This document shows, piece after piece, positions 9,751-17,526 of a stretch of DNA of 64,000 nucleotides; within the stretch, counting starts at the first letter, position 1; every line of letters begins with the position of its first letter. The DNA comes from an uncultured Chloroflexia bacterium (lineage in GTDB: Bacteria; Chloroflexota; Limnocylindria; Limnocylindrales; CSP1-4), in NCBI GenBank assembly GCA_963712745.1, contig CAVQJC010000015.1:64001-128000 (forward strand), given 5' to 3'. The notes below the pieces were generated by a model. It had not been told where the DNA came from, did not search any database, and saw only the letters and a list, made by a program, of their open reading frames with translations. The position numbers and the translations under genes are program-made.

Positions 9751-11280
9751 ATGACTGAACCCCTGCTCCACGCCACCGGCGTCGCCAAGCGCTACGGCGC
9801 GGTGACGGCACTGCGGGACGCATCGCTATCGGTGCTGCCCGGTGAGGTGCACGCGCTGCTAGGCGCCAACGGCGCGGGCAAATCGACGCTGGTCAAGATC
9901 CTCACCGGTACGGTGCACCCGGATGCCGGTCGAATCATGATTCGCGGACAAGAGCGCGAGGTCCACTCACCGTCGGAGGCACGCCGGACCGGCCTCGTCT
10001 CCGTCTATCAGGAGCCATCTCTGGTCCCGGACTTGGATGTGGCATCGAATCTGCGCCTCTCCCGCACTCCGATGGAGCCGGTGCGGGAATGGCTCTCGAG
10101 GTTGGGCATCAAGAAGCTCGACCCCGCCGAAACGACGCGCGACCTGCCGCTCGCGACATTGCGCATCCTGGACCTTGCGCGCGCGCTCGCCATCGAGCCG
10201 GACGTGCTGCTACTGGACGAGATTACCGCGGCACTTCCCGCCGACCTCACCGAGAAGGTCCTGGAGGTCGTAGGTGACATCCGGTCCACCGGTCGATCTG
10301 TCATCTTCATCTCGCACCGGATGCTCGAGATCGGCGAGCTGTGCGACCGTGCGACTGTGCTCCGCGACGGCGAGACCGTGGGCGTCGTCGACGTGACAGA
10401 GGGGGCCGCCGAGGAGATCGTCCAGCTGATGCTCGGGCCGGGGGGCATCGCTCGGCCCGAGGTGGCCACGCCTGCTGCAGAGGAGGCAGCGGCGGGCGAA
10501 GACGATCGTCCAGTCCGTCTGGCCGTGCGCTCGGTGCGGGCCGGGACCCGGCTCCACGATGTGTCGCTGGAGCTTCGCGCCGGAGAGGTACTGGGCCTGG
10601 TGGCCCTGGAGGGGCAGGGCCAGGACGAGCTGTACGGGGTGCTCTCTGGGTCACGGCGACCTGATGCGGGAGAGCTGGCAGTCGACGACCGCGTCGTACA
10701 GTTCAGGCACCCGGCGGACGCCATCCGCGAGGGCCTCGTGTACGTGCCGGCGAACCGGGTGGATGCGCTGCTCCCGCAGCGGTCCGTGCGTGAGAACATC
10801 GCGCTGCCCTTCTCCGCCGCGCTGAGGCGATGGGGCCCGATCGACGTCTCGGGCGAGGCCGGCAAGGTCGACGGGGCGGTGGATCGATTGCAGATCGACA
10901 CTCGCGCCCAGTCGGAGGTCCGACGGCTCTCGGGTGGCAACCAGCAGAAGGTGACCATCGCCCGCTGGGTGGCACACGGGATCCGCACACTGCTGTGCTT
11001 CGACCCCACGCGTGGTATCGATATCCGCACCAAGCACGAGATCTATCGGCTCGTGCGTGAGCTGGCTGCTGCCGGCGCCGCCGTCCTCTTGTACACCTCC
11101 GAGCTCGAGGAGGTCCAGCTCGCCTGCGACCGCGTGGTCGTCATCTTCGGCGGGCGCGTCGTGGACGAGATGCCGGCGAGCCTGGCCGATGAGCCCACGC
11201 TCATGCGGGCCGCCTACGGGCTGTCTCAGGAGACATCCTCGGATGCCGACGCCGCCAAGGGCATGGCGGCGTCGGCATGA
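9751..11280 (+). CDS. Sugar ABC transporter ATP-binding protein (two NBDs, RbsA-like)
   Basis: GANGAGKST, LLLDE, LSGGNQQK, DPTRGID. Confidence 0.93.
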   Translation: MTEPLLHATGVAKRYGAVTALRDASLSVLPGEVHALLGANGAGKSTLVKILTGTVHPDAGRIMIRGQEREVHSPSEARRTGLVSVYQEPSLVPDLDVASNLRLSRTPMEPVREWLSRLGIKKLDPAETTRDLPLATLRILDLARALAIEPDVLLLDEITAALPADLTEKVLEVVGDIRSTGRSVIFISHRMLEIGELCDRATVLRDGETVGVVDVTEGAAEEIVQLMLGPGGIARPEVATPAAEEAAAGEDDRPVRLAVRSVRAGTRLHDVSLELRAGEVLGLVALEGQGQDELYGVLSGSRRPDAGELAVDDRVVQFRHPADAIREGLVYVPANRVDALLPQRSVRENIALPFSAALRRWGPIDVSGEAGKVDGAVDRLQIDTRAQSEVRRLSGGNQQKVTIARWVAHGIRTLLCFDPTRGIDIRTKHEIYRLVRELAAAGAAVLLYTSELEEVQLACDRVVVIFGGRVVDEMPASLADEPTLMRAAYGLSQETSSDADAAKGMAASA

Positions 11281-12280
11281 GCGCAGTCGTGGGCGCCCGC
11301 GGGGGGAATTGGTCGGAGCCGCTGCGCGGCGCGTCGCGCGCCCTCCGGCGCAACGCGTGGACGCTTGGGCTGCTCGGACTGCTGGTCGTGCTGCTGGGGT
11401 TAACGCGCGCCATCCAGCCCTCCTACGGCAGCGCAGGGATCGAGTCGCTGGCCAAGGCGGCGCTGCCCATCGCACTCGTGGCCATCGGCCAGGCCATCGT
11501 GGTCATCGCGGGCGGCATCGATCTGTCGGTGGCCTCGATGATGGCCCTCACCAACGTGACGGCGGCGACACTGATGGGGGACAGCAGCGAGGAGGCAGCC
11601 GTCCTCGTCGTGCTGCTCGTCATCCTCCTGGGGCTGGTTCTGGGTGTGGTCAACGGTGCACTCGTGGTCCTGACACGCGTCCCCGACATCGTGGTCACCT
11701 TGGCCATGTCGTTCGTATGGGCCGGCGCAGCACTGCTCGTGCTGAGCACACCCGGCGGCTCCGCGGCCCAGTGGCTGAGGATCTCTACAACGGCACGTTC
11801 GCGTCGGAGTGGCTGCCCAAAACCCTGGTCATCGTCGTCGTCGCAGCGGCGCTTGCCTGGATCCCGCTCCGCCGGACGCGCTGGGGCCTCGCGCTCTACG
11901 CCGTCGGTTCTGACAAGCAGGCCGCATTCCGAAGCGGGGTGGACATCCGGAGGACCAAGATCACGTCGTACGCCCTATGCGGCCTGTTCGCGGCCCTCGG
12001 CGGCCTGGCAATCACGATGGCCACGGGCACCGGCATCCCCGTACCCGGTCCGTACACACTCGCGAGCGTTGCAGCGGTCGTGCTCGGAGGCGTCAGCCTG
12101 GCAGGCGGACGAGGCGGCCTTGTGGGCGTCGTGCTGGCGGTGTTCGTACTCCGGCTCGTGCGGGCAGACCTCGTCTTCCTTGGCATCGACCCCAACTTCA
12201 CGACCGTCATCGAGGGACTCACCATGGTCATCGTGGTCATGGTCGGTGCCCTGCTAGCGATGCGCAGGAGGAGAGCATGA
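11277..12280 (+). CDS. Sugar ABC transporter permease (RbsC-like); apparent -1 frameshift at ~11779
   Basis: GGIDLSV in the first frame; G..LYAVG, AAVVLGGVSL.GG.G in the second frame. Confidence 0.88.
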
Positions 12281-13279
12281 CCGCCACGAGCGCGACCACC
12301 GGCGGCAGCGGCCCTCGCTGGGCCTCCGTCGCGGGGTTGCGCCGCGTCGTGCGGGACCAGCCGGTCGATCCCCTTGCTGGGACTCCTTGTCGTGCTCATC
12401 GTGACGATCCAGCTGGTCCAGCCGGGCACCGTCAGCGCGTCCTGGCTGGGTACCGCCACCAAGCTGGCCATCCCATTGGCCATCCTGGCGGCGTGCCAGA
12501 CACTCACCATGCTGACGGGCGGCATCGACCTGTCGGTCGCGTTCGTGGCCTCGATGTCTGCCTACCTGATGGCCAGTCAGGCGCCGGTCCACGGGCCTGT
12601 CATCGGCGTCGCGCTGGCCCTGCTCGCCTGTGCTGCTGCCGGGCTGGCCAATGGCATCGGCGTGGGCGTCTTCCGAGTGCACCCGCTCATCATGACCCTC
12701 GGCACCGGCCTGGTCGTCGTCGGCCTCATGACCGTCTACCAGGTCGAGGTCGTCAGCCAGGGCGCCAAGGTCCCTGCAGAGATCGCCTGGGTCGGTGGCT
12801 CCAACAGCTTCGGCGTCGTGCCCAACTCTCTGCTGCTCTTCGTGCCGCTAGCGGCGCTCATCCTGTGGATGCTGCGTAGATGGGGCTTCGGACGGCTGCT
12901 CTACGCCATCGGAGACAACGAGGGCGCGGCCCGCCTGGCAGGCGTCCGTGTCTGGTCCGTGCACGTGACCCTTTACATCGTCTCCGGGGTGCTTGCCGGC
13001 ATCGCCGGCTTGGTCGTGGCGGGGATGACCAACGTTGCCACCGTCACCCTGGCTGAGAGGTACCTGCTGCCCTCGGTCGCTGCGGCGGTGATCGGTGGGA
13101 CATCCATCTTCGGCGGGCGCGGCGGATATGCCGGCAGCATCGTGGGCGCGCTCATCCTCACCGTGCTCACGAGCCTGCTGACGGTGATGCGCATGCCCGA
13201 GGGCGTCCGACTGGCTCTGTTCGGGGCCATGATCGTGGCCGTCGCCGCCGCCTACACGCGCATCACCGAGGAACATTGA
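12277..13279 (+). CDS. Sugar ABC transporter permease (RbsC-like); apparent +1 frameshift at ~12367
   Basis: AGGAGG RBS and ATGA overlap at 12277; GGIDLSV, FGRLLYAIGDN, AAAVIGGTSIFGGRG. Confidence 0.88.
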
Positions 13280-13289
13280 GCGGGGTCCT

Positions 13290-14294
13290 ATGAACCGCGC
13301 CTCCCGACACATCGGGCTCGACCTCGGCGGCACCAACATCAAGTGGGTCGTCGTCGAGCAGTCGGGGCCGGACGGCTGGCACACGCTGGACCGGGGCCAG
13401 GTCCCGACCGATACCTCGCGCGAGGAGGAGAGCGTGGTCGCCCAGCTGGCCGCGCTGGCCAGGGAGATCCGCGACGGCGTCGGCGACGGACCGGTGGTGA
13501 GCTTGGGCGTCGCAGTGCCCGGGCTGTACATCCCCGAGACCGGCGTGGTCACCTTCCTGACGAATGTGCCCGGTGACTGGTCGGCCACGCCGACCGGCGA
13601 GCCTGTGGCGCAGGCGACCGGCCTGCCCACCGCGCTCATCAACGACGCCCGGGCATTCGGGCTGGCTGAGCTGCGCTTCGGCGCCGGACGCGATGTCGAC
13701 TCGTTCATCGGCTTCACCCTGGGCACCGGGATCGGCGGCGTCTTCGCCATCGGCAACCAGGTCATCCAGGGCTACCGCGGGCAGGCCGGCGAGCTGGGCC
13801 ACCAGACGATCGATCCCGACGGACCCTGGTGCGGCTGCGGCAACCGTGGCTGCGTGGAGGCCTACTGCCGGGCCGACCAGGTGGCCAGGGTGTGCGGCAC
13901 GAGGGATCCCCGCGAGGCCATCGAGAAGGCGCGAGCGGGGGACGAGCGGGCGATCGCCGGCCTGGCCGAGATCGGCCGCTACCTGGGCATCGGCATCAGC
14001 AATGCCATCACGGTCATCACGCCGGACCTGGTCATCCTCGGCGGCGGCTGGTCCAGCGCCGGAGACCTGCTCATCGAACCCATCAAGACTGAGATGCAAC
14101 GGCGCGTCATCACCACGCCGGTCGATCGCGTCGACGTCGTGCTCGCAGAGCTGGGCACCTGGGCGGGCGCCATCGGAGCCGCCGTTCACGGCGCCGAACA
14201 GGCCGGCGCAGTCGCCGGAGCCACGGGAACGACGGGGGCGGCTGGGGCCACGGGAACGACGGGGGCGGCCGAGGCGGCCGGGGCCGCCGGATGA
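13290..14294 (+). CDS. ROK family sugar kinase (glucokinase/GlcNAc kinase-like)
   Basis: GLDLGGTN, INDA, LGTGIGG, GELGH, CGCGNRGCVE; no HTH. Confidence 0.9.
   Translation: MNRASRHIGLDLGGTNIKWVVVEQSGPDGWHTLDRGQVPTDTSREEESVVAQLAALAREIRDGVGDGPVVSLGVAVPGLYIPETGVVTFLTNVPGDWSATPTGEPVAQATGLPTALINDARAFGLAELRFGAGRDVDSFIGFTLGTGIGGVFAIGNQVIQGYRGQAGELGHQTIDPDGPWCGCGNRGCVEAYCRADQVARVCGTRDPREAIEKARAGDERAIAGLAEIGRYLGIGISNAITVITPDLVILGGGWSSAGDLLIEPIKTEMQRRVITTPVDRVDVVLAELGTWAGAIGAAVHGAEQAGAVAGATGTTGAAGATGTTGAAEAAGAAG
14217..14270 (+). repeat. 2 x 27-bp tandem repeat encoding (GATGTTGAA)2 in the kinase tail
   Basis: ggagccacgggaacgacgggggcggct / ggggccacgggaacgacgggggcggcc. Confidence 0.9.
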
Positions 14295-15037
14295 GCATCA
14301 GCTACGCCCCCCGCTATCGCGAGATCGAGCAGGCACTGCGCGCCCGCATCGCCAGCCTGCGACCGGGCCAGCGATTGCCGTCCGACGCGGACATCTGCGC
14401 CGAGTTCGGGGTCAGCCGCATGACCGCGCGCCACGCCATGGCCCAGCTGGCCGATGAGGGGCTGGTGCGCCGCGACCCCGGCCGGGGCACGTTCGTGGCC
14501 GAGCCCCCGACGCATCGCCGCGCCAACTTCCTCATGACCTTCAGCCACGAGATGCGCCGCCAGGGCCGGGTGCCCAGCTCACGCATCGTCGAACGAGTCG
14601 TGCGGGCACCGACCGACGCCGAGCGCACCGACCTGCGCGTCGGACGCGACAGCGAGGTCGTGGACCTCCACCGTGTCCGACTGGCCGACCACGAGCCGGT
14701 GGCCGTTGAGCGAGCAGTCCTGGCGCCCCGCTGCATCCCGGCGGTGGTGGCCGCCGACCTGGTGACAGGATCGCTCCACGAAGCGCTCATCACCGACGGC
14801 ATCGTGCCCTCCCGCGGCAAGTCCTCGATCCGCGCAGAGGCTGCTGGGGCGGACGATGCTGTGCTGCTGGGGGTCGACGTGGGCCAGCCCATGCTTGTCG
14901 AGCGCCGGCTCATCTTCGACCAGCGCGGCCGGCCCATCGAGCGGACCGAATCGAGATACGCAGCTGACCGCTACGGACTCAACGTCGGCTTCTCGGTGGA
15001 GGACAACGGCGCCATCACCGTCGCACCAGATGCCTGA
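14291..15037 (+). CDS. GntR/HutC family regulator with UTRA domain (NagR/DasR-like)
   Basis: LPSD..I..EFGVSRMTAR.A, GRGTFV, UTRA-like C-terminus. Confidence 0.9.
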   Translation: MSISYAPRYREIEQALRARIASLRPGQRLPSDADICAEFGVSRMTARHAMAQLADEGLVRRDPGRGTFVAEPPTHRRANFLMTFSHEMRRQGRVPSSRIVERVVRAPTDAERTDLRVGRDSEVVDLHRVRLADHEPVAVERAVLAPRCIPAVVAADLVTGSLHEALITDGIVPSRGKSSIRAEAAGADDAVLLGVDVGQPMLVERRLIFDQRGRPIERTESRYAADRYGLNVGFSVEDNGAITVAPDA

Positions 15038-15102
15038 CTCGAACACCCCGCGGGCCCGCTAGAGTTCGCGTCAGAGGGCCCATCCGAGGCCGGGGAGAAC
15101 CG

Positions 15103-16251
15103 ATGGAACCACGTGAACGCGTCCTTGCCGCGCTCGACCACCAGGAGGCGGACCGCGTGCCCCGCGACCTCGCCGGCACCCGTTACAGCAGCATCCACGC
15201 CGAGGCCTACGGGCGGCTGCGTCCGGCGCTGGGACTGCCCGAGGCGGACATCCGCATCGTGGACACGACCCAGGGGCTGGCCCACGTCCACGAGGACACG
15301 CTCGAGCGCTTCGGAGCGGATGTGGCGCTGGTCTCGGCGGGCTCACCGCACGGCTTCAGCAAGGAAGTCAGCGACGACGGCGAGTACGAGCGCTTCCTCG
15401 ACGAGTTCGGTGTCCTTCGCGCGCGGCCGCACGGCGGGCTCTACTACGAGTCGACCACCTCGCCGCTGGCCGGCGACATCAGCCTGGCCGACATCGAGGC
15501 CTACCCCTGGCCCGATCCCGGGGACCCTGGCCGCTTCGAGGGCATGAAGGAGCGTGCCACGCACATCCGCGATGTCGAGAAGCGGGCAGTCTTCGTGGGC
15601 TCGCTCTGTGCGGGCGTGACCGAGATGCACTTCCGCATGCGCGGCTACGAGCACGGCTACATGGACATGGCCCTGAACCCCGACCTGGCGCGTGCGCTCA
15701 TGCGCAAGATCACCGACCTCAAGCTGGCCTACTGGGAGAAGGTGCTCGACGAGATCGGCCCCTGCATCGACATCGCGGCCGAGGCTGACGACCTGGGCGC
15801 GCAGCACGCCCCCCTGTTCAGCCCGGGGGCGTATCGCGAGATCGTCAAGCCCTTGCACAGGGAGATCATCGACTACATCAAGGGTCGCTCCAACGCCCGC
15901 TTCTTTCTCCATTCGTGCGGTGCCATCAAGGAGCTCATCCCCGATCTCATCGACATCGGCGTGGACGCGCTCAACCCGGTGCAGGTCTCGGCGGAAGGCA
16001 TGGAGACCGCCGCCCTCAAGGCCGAGTTCGGCCAGGAGATCACCTTCTGGGGTGGCACCGTCGATCCCCAGAAGACGCTCGCCCGGGGCACGCCGGAGGA
16101 GGTCAAGGCGGAGGCCATCCGCCGCATCGAGGAGCTCAAGCCGGGAGGCGGCTTCGTCATCGCCAGCATCCACAACATGCAGGCCCAGGTACCGGTCGAG
16201 AACATCCTCGCCTTCTGGGAGGCCGTCGAGGAGGCCGGGCGCTATGACTGA
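15103..16251 (+). CDS. Uroporphyrinogen decarboxylase / MtaA-CmuA-like family protein
   Basis: PRERV.AALDH.E.DRVP, ADDLGAQ, LHSCG, FWGG.VD.Q, GGGFVIASIHN. Confidence 0.8.
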   Translation: MEPRERVLAALDHQEADRVPRDLAGTRYSSIHAEAYGRLRPALGLPEADIRIVDTTQGLAHVHEDTLERFGADVALVSAGSPHGFSKEVSDDGEYERFLDEFGVLRARPHGGLYYESTTSPLAGDISLADIEAYPWPDPGDPGRFEGMKERATHIRDVEKRAVFVGSLCAGVTEMHFRMRGYEHGYMDMALNPDLARALMRKITDLKLAYWEKVLDEIGPCIDIAAEADDLGAQHAPLFSPGAYREIVKPLHREIIDYIKGRSNARFFLHSCGAIKELIPDLIDIGVDALNPVQVSAEGMETAALKAEFGQEITFWGGTVDPQKTLARGTPEEVKAEAIRRIEELKPGGGFVIASIHNMQAQVPVENILAFWEAVEEAGRYD

Positions 16252-17365
16252 GGCCACATCGGGCCGGCTGGTGCTATCGGAGGGCGAGATCAGCGGGCGC
16301 CTCACGGTCGAGAACGGTCGCATCGCCTCCGTCGAGCGAGACGCGAGCGTACGGGCGGACGTCATCGTCGTCCCCGGCTTCATCGACGTCCACGTCCACG
16401 GCTGGGGCGGCCACGACGCCATGGGCGGCCCCCAGGCGCTGACCGGCATGGCCCGCGCGCTGGCCGGCCGCGGTGTCACCTCGTTCCTGCCGACCTCGGT
16501 CACAGCCTCGTTCGAGAAGCTCACGACCTTCGCCGATTCGGTACGCGAGTGGATGCCCGTGGCACCCGCGGATGGTGCGGAGCCACTTGGTTTCAACATG
16601 GAGGGGCCGTTCCTCGCCGAGCAGAAGAAGGGGGCCCATCCGGCCGAGCTCCTGCGTCACCCCGCTGATCTCGACGAGGCGAGGCTGGGCACCTTCATCG
16701 AGGGGCTGCGCATCATCACCATCGCGCCGGAGCTGCGTGGCGCCCCCGAGCTGATCCGCCGCCTGGCGGCCGCCGGTGTGCGGGTCTCGCTGGGACACTC
16801 CGCGGCCACCGTGGCCGAATCACGAGCGGGCTATGCCGCAGGGGCCGTGACCACGACCCATCTCTTCAACGCCATGGTCGGCCTGGTCCATCGTCAGCCC
16901 GGGCTGGCGCTGGAGGCGCTGATGGACGACGACGTGTGGGTCGAGCTCATCGCCGACACGCTCCACGTCGAGCCCGAGATGTGGCCCCTCATCTGGGCCC
17001 TCAAGCCGGCCCAGCGAGTGCTGCTGGTGAGCGACGCCATCGCTCTCGCCGACAGCGGCCAGAGCCGCGGCATGCTCGGCGAGCTGGAGATCCGCGTCGA
17101 CGGCGAGATGGTCACGCTCGTCGACGGCGGCAACCTCGCGGGCTCGGTCACGGCCCTCGATCGCGAGCTGCGAAACGTGGTGCGTGCCGGCATCCCGCTG
17201 GTCGAGGCGGTGCGAGCGACGTCGGCCAACCCGGCCGCGCTGCTGGGCCTGGAGGACCGCGGGCGCCTGGAGGTGGGCCTGCGCGCGGACCTGGTCGAGC
17301 TGGAGGCCTCGTCTTTCGACGTCCGTCGTGTGATGCGCGCCGGGGAGTGGATCGCCGGCACCTGA
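16244..17365 (+). CDS. nagA: N-acetylglucosamine-6-phosphate deacetylase
   Basis: PGFIDVHVHG, EGPF, KKGAH, SLGHS, THLFNAM, LVSDA, LAGS, NPA. Confidence 0.92.
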   Translation: MTEATSGRLVLSEGEISGRLTVENGRIASVERDASVRADVIVVPGFIDVHVHGWGGHDAMGGPQALTGMARALAGRGVTSFLPTSVTASFEKLTTFADSVREWMPVAPADGAEPLGFNMEGPFLAEQKKGAHPAELLRHPADLDEARLGTFIEGLRIITIAPELRGAPELIRRLAAAGVRVSLGHSAATVAESRAGYAAGAVTTTHLFNAMVGLVHRQPGLALEALMDDDVWVELIADTLHVEPEMWPLIWALKPAQRVLLVSDAIALADSGQSRGMLGELEIRVDGEMVTLVDGGNLAGSVTALDRELRNVVRAGIPLVEAVRATSANPAALLGLEDRGRLEVGLRADLVELEASSFDVRRVMRAGEWIAGT

Positions 17366-17526
17366 TCGCGGGGTCGCAGGTACCTGATCGCGGGACCGAG
17401 CATGGGTGAGCGGTCCTGTCCCACGGGGCACCGATGGTCCGCCTTGCCCGTTCTTCCCGATAAGGGTACGGTCCAAACCTCACAGAACCGCACACCTGTC
17501 GATTCCCCGCAAACGAGGAACGTCCC

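Noticed and set aside
5259-12370. Real pseudogenisation or programmed frameshifting of the sugar cluster
   Set aside because: No slippery heptamers, no nonsense codons or other decay, and every indel is at GATC; a sequencing artefact is more parsimonious
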